Source: Clostridia bacterium (GTDB taxonomy: Bacteria > Bacillota > Clostridia > Oscillospirales > CAG-382). Taken from it: a DNA stretch of 64,000 nucleotides. Below the pieces are notes generated by a model, which made no database searches, was not told where the DNA came from, and saw only the letters and a list, made by a program, of their open reading frames with translations. The position numbers and the translations under genes are program-made. Where the stretch lies: contig JAFTTN010000063.1 in assembly GCA_017466805.1 (NCBI GenBank), forward strand, positions 7,156 through 71,155, in the 5' to 3' direction. Position 1 is the first letter of the stretch. Every line of letters starts with the position of its first letter. Shown piece after piece: positions 52,546 to 62,248 of this stretch.

Positions 52546-55107
52546 ATGAAGCGTTTTATTGCTTTTGCTTTGGCATTGATTTTTATTCTTTCATTTTCTG
52601 CTTGCAACGAGCAGGAGGTACAAAACGAGTCCTCGGAGATTTCGGATGAAACAAGTGTTGTTTTGAATGAATTCGTTATGAGCGACGAGGTAGAAAAAAT
52701 CGACGGATATCTTACCAACGATATCGACAGAAGCCTACGCGCGACAAACTTATTTAGAGGAAAGCAATATAAAATCAGCAAGCCCACAAGTGAATCCTAC
52801 GCCGACAACCACGGCTTTAAGCTTACTGACGGCTCGACGGTTAAGGTTTTTGACGCATATTCGTATTTGGGCTGGGAGGGCCGAACAGAAGTATCGATAG
52901 ATTTTGATTTAGGCAGCACCGAGCACAGCATTGCGGACATAACAGTTGGATGTCTGCGTGTTATGGATTACGGCATAGGCTTGCCTCGGTACGTATCGCT
53001 ACGAGTTTCTGAAGACGGTAAGGAATACACCGAAGTCGCAAAAATTATGACTCCGACAGACGTCGTGCCTTCGATGAAATACGAATACAGCTTTGCATTG
53101 CCCAAGGGAACGAGCGCACGATATATACGCATTTATTGCGCACAGCCGGACAACGCTTTTACCTTTATCGATGAAATTTCCGCTTACGAATACAGCGAAA
53201 GCGGGACTATAGACAGAACTATAGGCGTTGATGCTGACCAGCTTTATACCGTTACCGACTATTACGATTACAAACTGAATTTGGGTGAATCGAGCGTTGC
53301 GGTAAGCGAAAGCGACAAGGACTATAATACAGAGCAGAATTTATCGTTGCTCGACGGAGTTGAATTTCAGGTTTATCATTTCGATCCATTGAGAGAAGAT
53401 CATAGCAACAGCCCTAAGGAAAAGCTTAGTTTACTTAAAAACGGTGTTACGCACGGTGAATTTAATACCGATTACTTCATTTCTTACCGCGGAGGCGGAA
53501 GACATATCGTTGCAGATTTGGGGCAGGTTATGTCGGTAAGCGGTACGAATCTTTACTTTTACGATAGATACACATACGGCATATCGACTCCGCCTGTATT
53601 TTACGTTAGTTTAAGTGAAAACGGCAAGGACTGGACAACCGTATACGCAACTTATAAAGAAAATTACGGCAAGGAAGAAAAGATACACGACACCCACAAG
53701 ATTGATTTCAAAGGAGATTACAGAGCAAGATACGTTCGCGTAACCTTTGAAACGGTTCCCGACAACTCGGTTTCATGTGCGGTATATCTCGGTGAATTTG
53801 AAATTATCGGCAAGAAGAATGCCGAATTGGCGGTTACTGCAGTCGAAAACAACGATACTCCTTACGGTAAATATGTCAAAACCGAGGATTACGGAATCAA
53901 AAACATCCTTTTCGCTCCGATTACCGACGGTTACGGCAAGCACTGCGTTGACGTCCACGCAATGAGCGAGGAAAGTGCATATATTTATCTTACCGAATTC
54001 GATAAAAACGGTAAGCCCTGCGGTACCTTTATGGATTCGATGGCATTTTCGACGCGCGGTGCTTTGAACGACCACAAGGACCGAAACGAATGTATGGAAT
54101 GGTTCTTCAGCGAGCTGTTTTACGAGGGTATGAACCTCGACGCAGTAGATAAAGCCAAAGAAAAGCTAAATTCCGAATTAGGCGTTGACGAAAAGGTTAA
54201 GATATGGGTTTCGGTAAATGCACCTGCGCAAAACGATATTTTCGACGGACAAGTGATAACAACGAAAAAACAGTACGATGCTTGCCTGAAGTGGCAGGTG
54301 GATGAAATTATTAAACGTTTTAACGAGCAGAATTATAAAAATCTTGAATTCGTTGGATTTTATTGGCAATTCGAATCGGTTCGCACCGAAGAAGACGTTG
54401 ACGGTATGAAGGCATTGAACGATTACGTTCACAGCAAGGGGTATATGACGTTTTGGTGCCCCTATTACAGCGCCGCGGGAATATATTACAATCAATACGT
54501 CGGATTCGACATAACCTGTTTACAGCCAAACTATATGTTTTACGACACCGAGCCGACAAGACTGCAGACCACTGCAGAGCGCGCAAAGCTTTACGGTATG
54601 TGCGTTGAAATAGAAATAGAGGACGGAACGCAAAGCAGCGAATCGTTAAAGCTGTACCGCGATTATCTTAGAGCCGGATACGATACCGGATATATGAACT
54701 CTATAAAGGTATATTATCAAGGCGGACTTCCGGGTGCATACGTTACAGGATACAATTCCGACGATGCATTCCAGAAGGCTGTATACGACGAAACTGTTTT
54801 ATACGCAACCGGCAAGCTTGAATCCAACTACCACACAAGCGGTATGTTTGATTTATCGAGCTTTAACGACATTGAAATTACCGTAAGACACGGCAAAAAG
54901 GCAAAAATAGAATTGGGCGAGCTTGGTGAAATAGTACACCGATTCGTAACCACACCGGCATACGGCGCGGTAAGGCTTAACAGCGACGGTATTTTGACTT
55001 ACGACGCTATGTACGGCTACAAGGGCGAGGATATTATAAAAATCGAGCTGTACGACGGTGTAGGAGATAGCAAAATTATTACAGTTAAGGTAACCGTAAC
55101 CGAATAA
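52546..55107 (+). CDS. large secreted lipoprotein with two discoidin (F5/8 type C)-like domains, a central uncharacterised domain (possibly DUF4855-like) and a C-terminal Ig-like domain
   Basis: Lipobox FSAC. ARYIRIY...IDEISAYE and ARYVRVTF...LGEFEIIG are discoidin-like strand endings. Confidence 0.5.
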   Translation: MKRFIAFALALIFILSFSACNEQEVQNESSEISDETSVVLNEFVMSDEVEKIDGYLTNDIDRSLRATNLFRGKQYKISKPTSESYADNHGFKLTDGSTVKVFDAYSYLGWEGRTEVSIDFDLGSTEHSIADITVGCLRVMDYGIGLPRYVSLRVSEDGKEYTEVAKIMTPTDVVPSMKYEYSFALPKGTSARYIRIYCAQPDNAFTFIDEISAYEYSESGTIDRTIGVDADQLYTVTDYYDYKLNLGESSVAVSESDKDYNTEQNLSLLDGVEFQVYHFDPLREDHSNSPKEKLSLLKNGVTHGEFNTDYFISYRGGGRHIVADLGQVMSVSGTNLYFYDRYTYGISTPPVFYVSLSENGKDWTTVYATYKENYGKEEKIHDTHKIDFKGDYRARYVRVTFETVPDNSVSCAVYLGEFEIIGKKNAELAVTAVENNDTPYGKYVKTEDYGIKNILFAPITDGYGKHCVDVHAMSEESAYIYLTEFDKNGKPCGTFMDSMAFSTRGALNDHKDRNECMEWFFSELFYEGMNLDAVDKAKEKLNSELGVDEKVKIWVSVNAPAQNDIFDGQVITTKKQYDACLKWQVDEIIKRFNEQNYKNLEFVGFYWQFESVRTEEDVDGMKALNDYVHSKGYMTFWCPYYSAAGIYYNQYVGFDITCLQPNYMFYDTEPTRLQTTAERAKLYGMCVEIEIEDGTQSSESLKLYRDYLRAGYDTGYMNSIKVYYQGGLPGAYVTGYNSDDAFQKAVYDETVLYATGKLESNYHTSGMFDLSSFNDIEITVRHGKKAKIELGELGEIVHRFVTTPAYGAVRLNSDGILTYDAMYGYKGEDIIKIELYDGVGDSKIITVKVTVTE

Positions 55108-55111
55108 ACGC

Positions 55112-55149
55112 AAAAGCACACAAGGTTTTATTACCTTGTGTGCTTTTTT
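55112..55149. terminator. bidirectional intrinsic terminator
   Basis: AAAAGCACACAAGGT-tttatt-ACCTTGTGTGCTTTTTT. Confidence 0.75.
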
Positions 55150-56662
55150 ACTGTTCATATTTAAAGAGTGTATTAGGGCTCATAGTTTCTCTGAAGGTTT
55201 TTACGACATAGAAATAATTGCCGTTCAATATAGTTCTCGTATCGAGATTACGCTTATCGAGATCGCAAAGCATTTCACGGAAGCGATGAGCCGGAAGATC
55301 TATACAGCAATCGTTGAAGCGATCGTGAAGCGCTCCGACAAGCATAGAAAGCTGAGTTTCATCGCTACGCTTGAGAAATTTGATTATATCACTGTAACCG
55401 TTCGTATCGCTTATATCTACCGCGAAATCATATACGTTTCCCTTTGAGGTCATAGCGGCGAAAACGAAAAAGGTTTCATTTTCCTTTAGTTCTATGGTTT
55501 CACATCTTTTTTTAACTATAGAGTGCAGATTTTCGAACGGTTTACGCTCGTTATAAGGAACCGAGCAAAAGGGATCGACCCAGCCGCGATTTGTTTTAAT
55601 AAGCTCGATAAGCTCAACTACCTCGGGAAGCTCTTTATAATCCTTGGTAATATTGCTTTCAAGAAGAACTTCGATTTCAAAATAATCGTTCGAAAAACGC
55701 TCTATACCATATTCAAAGCCGTAATTATCGAAAAGCTCTGTCGAGCCGCAAACTCTTTTTCCGACCAAGTTTTTCGAAACCGAAAGAAGAACCTTCATAC
55801 GCTTTAAGGATTCGACGAATTTTTCTATCCGACCGCAATACAGATAGGTTGCGGCAAGGCAGGTTTCGGCATTTATGCGTATAGAAATAAATATATCGTC
55901 GTCGCGGACAGAAAAAATATCGATTATTCGTTTTACCGCCAGGCAGTTTTCGACAGTATCACTTTTACGACCGAACATATCGCGAGATGATGGCGAGCTC
56001 TTGTGATTCATCAAATAGAGCACCTTCGAAATATCCTGAAAGAGCACCTCCGAACGTTGCAAGCTCCATTCGGGCTCGTTACGTTTTACGAAGTGGCGGA
56101 AGAGAATAAGATCATGCCAGCAGGCAAAGTTATTATCGTCGGTGATGTATTGCTCCCATTCCGAAAGCCTTTCCTCGCTTTCGTTAATTACTATATTTGT
56201 TAGTATTCTGTTTCTGTGCGGAAGAGGAATTTCGTGAAGGCGCGATTTGACCTTTGTGAATATTTCCATAAAATGCTCTTCGGGGATAATCAACTCCTCA
56301 CGAAGTCTTCTTGCCGCGTTTAAAAGCTCGGTAATAAAAAGGTGGTGTTTTATTTCAAAGCATTTTTCTAACAGAGAGAGATATTCAAGCTTTTCCAGCG
56401 GGGTTCCCGCCCGCGCCTTTTCGCGAGCTGATCTGAGTTTTATTGTTAGCGAGTGTGCTGTGGAGGGCGGGATACCGAGAAGTTCATCTACGCTTATATT
56501 AAATATCGCAGAAAGCTGAGGGAGCTTTTCTATATCCGGATATGCAAGACCCTTTTCCCAACGCGAAACCGACTGCGGCGTTACAAACAGCGCCTCGGCA
56601 AGCTCACTTTGTGTCATACCGAGCGCCTCACGGAAGGCTTTTATATTCTCGTTAAGCTTCAT
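55148..56662 (-). CDS. XRE-family HTH transcriptional regulator with a ~430-aa C-terminal extension
   Basis: N-terminal LGMTQSELAEALFVTPQSVSRWEKG. 504 aa. Confidence 0.75.
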   Translation of the reverse strand: MKLNENIKAFREALGMTQSELAEALFVTPQSVSRWEKGLAYPDIEKLPQLSAIFNISVDELLGIPPSTAHSLTIKLRSAREKARAGTPLEKLEYLSLLEKCFEIKHHLFITELLNAARRLREELIIPEEHFMEIFTKVKSRLHEIPLPHRNRILTNIVINESEERLSEWEQYITDDNNFACWHDLILFRHFVKRNEPEWSLQRSEVLFQDISKVLYLMNHKSSPSSRDMFGRKSDTVENCLAVKRIIDIFSVRDDDIFISIRINAETCLAATYLYCGRIEKFVESLKRMKVLLSVSKNLVGKRVCGSTELFDNYGFEYGIERFSNDYFEIEVLLESNITKDYKELPEVVELIELIKTNRGWVDPFCSVPYNERKPFENLHSIVKKRCETIELKENETFFVFAAMTSKGNVYDFAVDISDTNGYSDIIKFLKRSDETQLSMLVGALHDRFNDCCIDLPAHRFREMLCDLDKRNLDTRTILNGNYFYVVKTFRETMSPNTLFKYEQ

Positions 56663-56691
56663 CCTTACTCCTCCTTTTAGTAGCTGATAAT

Positions 56692-56734
56692 ATTATACAC
56701 CCGCTATGAGACGATGTCAATCAAACGTTGATTG
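56692..56734 (-). promoter_or_regulatory. sigma-A promoter of the XRE gene, overlapped by a 7-3-7 palindrome
   Basis: TTGACA, 17 nt, TATAAT. The palindrome CAATCAA-acg-TTGATTG (56718-56734) overlaps the -35. Confidence 0.55.
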
Positions 56735-56752
56735 CAGTAATTAAATTTTAGA

Positions 56753-56790
56753 GTGAAAAAAATTCGCCGAAACAAATCGGCGAATTCTTT
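56753..56790 (-). terminator. intrinsic terminator after ftsZ
   Basis: Minus strand reads GAATTCGCCGA-tttgtt-TCGGCGAATTTTTTT. Confidence 0.75.
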
Positions 56791-56803
56791 ATTAAAATTT
56801 GAT

Positions 56804-57889
56804 TTATCTCTTATTGAGCATGCTGAGGATATCATCGATATCCGAATTGGAATCCTTAACGGGTTCTTCGGGCGCAGCGGCCTTCTGTGCAGCCTCGGCA
56901 GCAGCCATCTGACGACGAACGTCTGCATTTTTCTTATCGGCATCGAAGCCGGTAGCAATAAGAGTAATACGCATTTCGTCTTCAAGAGTGGGATCGAGAG
57001 CAGCACCGAAGATGATGGTAGCATCGGGCTGTGCTTCGGTAGTGATCATTGCAACAGCGGAATCGATTTCATCGAGGCCGATATCGGGCGAGCCGATGAT
57101 TTGAACAACGATACCCTTTGCACCGCTGATATTAGTTTCAAGAAGCGGGCTGGACATAGCCATCTTAGCAGCCTGTTCAGCTTTATCCTTACCCTTCGCG
57201 GCGCCAACACCCATATGTGCAAGGCCTGCGTTAGACATTACAGCAGATACGTCTGCAAAGTCGAGGTTGATGATACCTTCAACAGTGATAAGATCGCAGA
57301 TAGATTGAACGCCCTTACGGAGAACGTCATCGGCTTCCTGGAATGCGTTGAGGAAGGTGATCTTTTTATCGGTGAGAAGCTTGAGTCTTTCATTGGGAAT
57401 AACGATAAGCGAGTCAACGGTTTCAGCAAGCTTTTCGATACCTGCTTCTGCCTGCATCATACGCTTTTTGCCTTCGAAAAGGAAGGGCTTGGTAACAACC
57501 GCAACGGTGAGGATATCGAGAGATTTTGCAATCTTTGCGATAACGGGAGCTGCACCGGTACCGGTACCGCCGCCCATACCTGCGGTGATGAAGACCATAT
57601 CCGCGCCTTTGATAGCTTCGGTGATTTCTTCGATAGATTCATCGGCAGCCTTTTCGCCGAGTTCGGGGTTTGCGCCTGCGCCGTGGCCCTTGGTGATGCG
57701 GTCGCCTATAGCGATCTTGGTGGGAGCGCTGGATTTGATGAGAATCTGAGTATCGGTGTTTACGTTGATGAATTCAACGTCTGCTGCGTCGATAGAGGAA
57801 ATCATACGGTTGACCGCGTTACCGCCGCCACCGCCGACGCCGATGACCTTAATAACCACTTTATTGGGATCTTCGATCATATTTTGCAT
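56804..57889 (-). CDS. ftsZ: cell division GTPase FtsZ
   Basis: [13 protein letters not shown] and [10 protein letters not shown] motifs. Confidence 0.95.
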   Translation of the reverse strand: MQNMIEDPNKVVIKVIGVGGGGGNAVNRMISSIDAADVEFINVNTDTQILIKSSAPTKIAIGDRITKGHGAGANPELGEKAADESIEEITEAIKGADMVFITAGMGGGTGTGAAPVIAKIAKSLDILTVAVVTKPFLFEGKKRMMQAEAGIEKLAETVDSLIVIPNERLKLLTDKKITFLNAFQEADDVLRKGVQSICDLITVEGIINLDFADVSAVMSNAGLAHMGVGAAKGKDKAEQAAKMAMSSPLLETNISGAKGIVVQIIGSPDIGLDEIDSAVAMITTEAQPDATIIFGAALDPTLEDEMRITLIATGFDADKKNADVRRQMAAAEAAQKAAAPEEPVKDSNSDIDDILSMLNKR

Positions 57890-58027
57890 TTTGAACCTCC
57901 AAAAAACTTATATCTTATTTTCATTCACTATATAATATAATATGTTTTTGCTTGAAATGCAAGAGTTTTTTTCGTTTTTCTTTAAAAACCGATGCATTTT
58001 TGGCAAATTTTTTCGATTTTAATGCTT

Positions 58028-58819
58028 TTACGAGAGTGCAACAGACGCTTCGCGGTGATTTGAAATATCTATCTTGCCTTTTGAGCCTTCTGCAAGCTCA
58101 TCTATTATCCCCACAAGGAAGCGTATTTTTATATCGATATTATCGGTATCGCCGAGGTACACCTCGAATCTGTTATCGTAATCGATATAAATATCAAATC
58201 GCGAACGGACGTCCACGCCCTTTATTTTGGTTTCTATTGCATTTTCTTCGAAGCAGGCGTATAGCTCGTGGAGCGCATCAAGCGTGCGTTCATCGACGAA
58301 TTCAACGGTATTACCGACAATGCAACGGCGAACGCTTGTTAAAGAAAGCGACGCAAGGCCCAAGCTATCGGAATCGGTATCGGGAAGTTTTTCCAAAACC
58401 TTTAAATCTGCAGACATCAAATAGGTATCACCTGCAAGCTCGGCGGCAAAATACGGTTTTTTTTCGATTATATTTACTTCCACGGTTGTAGGAAGATCGC
58501 GCTTGATTTCCACTTTGCCAACGTATGGCAAAGCCTGCTTTATAGCTTCTTCAATTTCTTCGGAATCGTAAGAAAAGATATTCGTACCGAGCTCGATTGG
58601 AACGTGTTCGATAATTTCTTCGTAGGTATACTTTTCTATACCGTTTACGGTTATATTTTCGACGTTTAAGAACACAGCGGCGCAAACGGCAAGGAAAACA
58701 AGCGAAACGGCGAGAAACAGAAATACATAGAACACGGTACGACGTGTACGCTTTTTTTCCTGACGGCGCTGTGCATCGAACATAGTTGTATTTTTACGCA
58801 CAAAGCGTTGCTGTTCCAT
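58028..58819 (-). CDS. ftsQ: cell division protein FtsQ/DivIB (POTRA)
   Basis: Single TM helix followed by a POTRA-like region, in dcw context. Start at the ATG (MEQQRF). Confidence 0.75.
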   Translation of the reverse strand: MEQQRFVRKNTTMFDAQRRQEKKRTRRTVFYVFLFLAVSLVFLAVCAAVFLNVENITVNGIEKYTYEEIIEHVPIELGTNIFSYDSEEIEEAIKQALPYVGKVEIKRDLPTTVEVNIIEKKPYFAAELAGDTYLMSADLKVLEKLPDTDSDSLGLASLSLTSVRRCIVGNTVEFVDERTLDALHELYACFEENAIETKIKGVDVRSRFDIYIDYDNRFEVYLGDTDNIDIKIRFLVGIIDELAEGSKGKIDISNHREASVALS

Positions 58820-58850
58820 ATATTTCACTTCCCTTCTTTTAGATTATACG

Positions 58851-59954
58851 TTATTTTAGCAAAGCAAGTGCCTCGTCTGCTATACGCTCGACAGAATCGG
58901 GCATTGCAAAGCTTTTAACGCTTTCTTCCATTCTTCTGCGTTTATTGGGGTTAGAAAGCAATTCCGAAACGGTATCGGAAAGAAGCTTGGTGCTAATTTC
59001 TGATTCACGGAAAACAACTGCCGCACCTGCATCTGCGATAAGGCGTGCGTTTTTATATTGATGATCCTCGGTAACGTAGGGGCTGGGTATTAGCACAGCC
59101 GCTCTGCCGCGAATAGCAAGCTCGGAAAGAGTCATTGCGCCCGCACGGCAGATTATAACATCGGCCGCGGCTTGATGAACCGGCATATCGTAGATATATT
59201 CATCGATAGAAAGGTTGGAGCAATTATAAAAGCCCTTTTCCTTTGCAAGAGCAGAGAACTTTTCGAGACCCACTCTGCCGATTGCATGGGTGTGGCGAAT
59301 ATTTTGGGGAACCGAAAGCGATTCCATAAGCGCAAACGAGAGCTCGTTGATTTTATCTGCTCCCATACTTCCGCCATAGGAAAGAATATACGGCTCTGTG
59401 TCGGAAAGACCGAGCTTTGCGCGTGCCTCGGTGCGCGACATACCGTCGATTATAACGGGGTTACCGGTTAAAATGAGCTTATCGCGTACTGCTTCATCAA
59501 AAAACTTTTCGCTTCCCGCAAAGGAAATGCAAACCTTATTTGCATATTTCGAAAGCATTTTTGTGGTAACACCGGGAAAAGCGTTTTGCTCGTGAATAAG
59601 TGTCGGAATACCGAGCTTCGAAGCCGCCTTTACAGTCGGCCAAGAAACGTATCCGCCTGTGCCGATAACCAAATCGGGCTTGAACCTTTTTATAATCTTT
59701 TTTGCTTCGGAAACCGACGTTAGCGCGTGCCAAGCCGCTTTAACGTTTTTTAATGTAAGCTTACGGGAAAAGCCCGAAACCTCGACAAAATCGATTTTAT
59801 AACCAAATTTGGGCACGAGAGTGCTTTCTATTCCGCGTTTTGTCCCGATAAACATGATTTCGGCATCGGGGTGACGCGCTTGTATTGTTTTTGCGATATT
59901 CAAAGCGGGGTTAACGTGGCCGCTCGTACCGCCGCCGCAGAGGATAATTTTCAT
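58851..59954 (-). CDS. murG: UDP-GlcNAc:lipid I GlcNAc transferase MurG
   Basis: GGGTSGHVNPAL motif. Confidence 0.9.
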   Translation of the reverse strand: MKIILCGGGTSGHVNPALNIAKTIQARHPDAEIMFIGTKRGIESTLVPKFGYKIDFVEVSGFSRKLTLKNVKAAWHALTSVSEAKKIIKRFKPDLVIGTGGYVSWPTVKAASKLGIPTLIHEQNAFPGVTTKMLSKYANKVCISFAGSEKFFDEAVRDKLILTGNPVIIDGMSRTEARAKLGLSDTEPYILSYGGSMGADKINELSFALMESLSVPQNIRHTHAIGRVGLEKFSALAKEKGFYNCSNLSIDEYIYDMPVHQAAADVIICRAGAMTLSELAIRGRAAVLIPSPYVTEDHQYKNARLIADAGAAVVFRESEISTKLLSDTVSELLSNPNKRRRMEESVKSFAMPDSVERIADEALALLK

Positions 59955-59971
59955 TTAAATAACACCTTTCA

Positions 59972-61198
59972 TCAGCCCTGTTCGATAAAGGAATAACGAG
60001 ATACCGAAAGAACAATGCCCATTTCGGCAAGAAGAATGATAAGCGAGGTTCCGCCGTAGCTGAAGAACGGCAGACTGATACCGGTACTCGGGAAGGTATT
60101 CGTAACAACCGCAAGATTCAAAAGCACCTGTACCACGACCTGCGCGGTGATGCCCATAGACAATAGCGAGCAGAAGCGGTTGGGCGAATTTTTGGAAATA
60201 CAATAGCCGCGGTAGGCGAGCACGCCGAAAATGGCAATAACGCAAACCACACCGAAAAAGCCGAGTTCTTCGCTTAATATAGCAAATATATAGTCGTTTT
60301 GAGGCTCGGGAAGATAGCCGTGCTTTTGGTTGCTTTGACCTAATCCAAGTCCCCAAAAGCCGCCGGAAGATATAGCATACAGCGATTGTGCAGGCTGCCA
60401 GCCGTCACCGCCCGATTCGAACGACATATATGCAAACGGATCGCGCCAAATATCAAGACGGGTTATTGCGTGGGGTACTATTTTTGCAAGGATACCTCGC
60501 CCGACTGTTAGGAAGAAAGCACCGACAACGCTACCTGCACCGAGAACGGCGCCGAAATAGAAGCCCTTTAAGCCCGAAAGCCACATCATAACGACCATTA
60601 ATATTAATATAATAATGGTTGCTGAAAGGTGGCTTTGCATAAGCGTAGCCATTGCGGCAGGAAGTGTAAGCAAAAACAAAGGAAGAGCGCCCTTGCGAAG
60701 CGTTTTCATTTCGCTTGCGTGGTTGCTTATATAGGTCGCACAAGCAAGAACAAGCGCGAACTTTAACAGCTCGGACGGTTGGAATTCCACGCCGAAAATT
60801 ACGAACCATCGGGTTGCACCTTTATTCGTTTTACCGAAAAAGGGAACGAGGTAGTTTAGCCCGAGCGTGATAGCATAGATAATATACGAGAAACGTTTTA
60901 GAACGCGGTAATCGAGAAACCGCGCGATAAGCGCCATTGCGGCAAGACCGATAATAACCCAGCGCACTTGGGACCGAGCGAAGTAATAGGAATCGCCGAA
61001 GCGAGTATCGGCAACCGCGTACGATGCAGAGAATATCATTACCGAGCCGATACAAACGAGCGCGATAATAACGATAAGCATAGGACGGTCGACCTCGCCG
61101 ATCAAGCGGTATATTCTATTTGGGTTTACTCTTACGCTGCGTTTTTTCTTTTCGCCCTGCGCAGAAGCTACCGTTTGTTCGTTTTTCTTCGAGGCCAT
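59972..61198 (-). CDS. ftsW: SEDS-family FtsW/SpoVE peptidoglycan polymerase
   Basis: 10-TM SEDS protein in dcw context. Confidence 0.85.
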   Translation of the reverse strand: MASKKNEQTVASAQGEKKKRSVRVNPNRIYRLIGEVDRPMLIVIIALVCIGSVMIFSASYAVADTRFGDSYYFARSQVRWVIIGLAAMALIARFLDYRVLKRFSYIIYAITLGLNYLVPFFGKTNKGATRWFVIFGVEFQPSELLKFALVLACATYISNHASEMKTLRKGALPLFLLTLPAAMATLMQSHLSATIIILILMVVMMWLSGLKGFYFGAVLGAGSVVGAFFLTVGRGILAKIVPHAITRLDIWRDPFAYMSFESGGDGWQPAQSLYAISSGGFWGLGLGQSNQKHGYLPEPQNDYIFAILSEELGFFGVVCVIAIFGVLAYRGYCISKNSPNRFCSLLSMGITAQVVVQVLLNLAVVTNTFPSTGISLPFFSYGGTSLIILLAEMGIVLSVSRYSFIEQG

Positions 61199-61213
61199 AG
61201 CAACCTTCCTTTT

Positions 61214-62239
61214 TTAGAAATACATTATGTAGTACGAAAGTGCCGCAAAGGCGGCGGTTACAAGCGAGAACACTGCTACTATCTTCACTTCGCTCCAGCC
61301 GCATTTTTCGAAATGATGGTGTATTGGACTCATTTTAAATATACGCTTGCCGAAGACCTTGAAGGAAAATACCTGTAGGACAACCGAAAGCCCTTCGATT
61401 ATCCAGATACAGCTTATGGGAAGCAGAACGAATTCGTTATTGGTAAACATTACCGCACCCACTATAAAGCCGCCGAGGAAGAGAGATCCGGTATCGCCCA
61501 TAAATATCTTTGCGGGGTGGAAGTTGAATACAAGAAACGCAAGCAACGCCCCAACGAGAGCCGAAACGGATATTGCGAAATAATCGAACGTAAGATAGTA
61601 TAATGACGAAATCAAATTACTTGTATGTATTCCGAAAATAACGAGCATTATGCATATTATGAACGCAATACTGCCTGCCAAGCCGTCTATCCCGTCGGTA
61701 AGGTTGGCGCAGTTGATTATATAAACAATTGCAAGAAGCATTGCTATATAATAGAACACACCAAGCTCGAGCTCGCCCCAAGGAGTGTTTATTGCGGTAT
61801 CCGCATCGAGAAAATATGCGTTTACAAAAAGATATATTCCCGTTGTAAGAAATTGCAGAATAAGCTTTTGGGTTGCGCTCAAACCCTTATTGCGTTTTTT
61901 GAAGAGCTTAACGTAGTCATCGATAAATCCGATAACTGCTTGAGAAAGGGCGAACAGAACGAAAACGATAATACCCTTCGCGTAGTTGCCGTATTCCCAT
62001 ATAGGCAATATAACGGTTACCGCAACGGCAATCGCAACGAGCATAGAAACGATGAAAATCACGCCACCCAGGTTAGGTGTGCCTTCCTTTGCTTTGTGCC
62101 AGGAAGGTCCGATTTCAAGAATTTTCTGACCGAGCTTTACTTTACGCAAAAGCGGGATAAATATTTTGAAGAGCACGATGCCAATTACGAAGGATATTGC
62201 GGCAGTTATTCCGCAGGAAGCATATATATTCATTGCCAT
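61214..62239 (-). CDS. mraY: phospho-N-acetylmuramoyl-pentapeptide transferase
   Basis: MraY motifs (NLTDGIDGLA, MGDTGSL). Confidence 0.9.
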   Translation of the reverse strand: MAMNIYASCGITAAISFVIGIVLFKIFIPLLRKVKLGQKILEIGPSWHKAKEGTPNLGGVIFIVSMLVAIAVAVTVILPIWEYGNYAKGIIVFVLFALSQAVIGFIDDYVKLFKKRNKGLSATQKLILQFLTTGIYLFVNAYFLDADTAINTPWGELELGVFYYIAMLLAIVYIINCANLTDGIDGLAGSIAFIICIMLVIFGIHTSNLISSLYYLTFDYFAISVSALVGALLAFLVFNFHPAKIFMGDTGSLFLGGFIVGAVMFTNNEFVLLPISCIWIIEGLSVVLQVFSFKVFGKRIFKMSPIHHHFEKCGWSEVKIVAVFSLVTAAFAALSYYIMYF

Positions 62240-62248
62240 TCCCCTTAT

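Noticed and set aside
56753-57940. 395-aa plus-strand ORF
   Set aside because: It is exactly antisense to ftsZ, which is unambiguous. Shadow frame.
57890-58027. Possible small gene or ftsA remnant between ftsQ and ftsZ
   Set aside because: There is no ORF of meaningful length. The region is AT-rich and contains a plausible promoter (TTGCAT, 17 nt, TATATT) plus an RBS for ftsZ.
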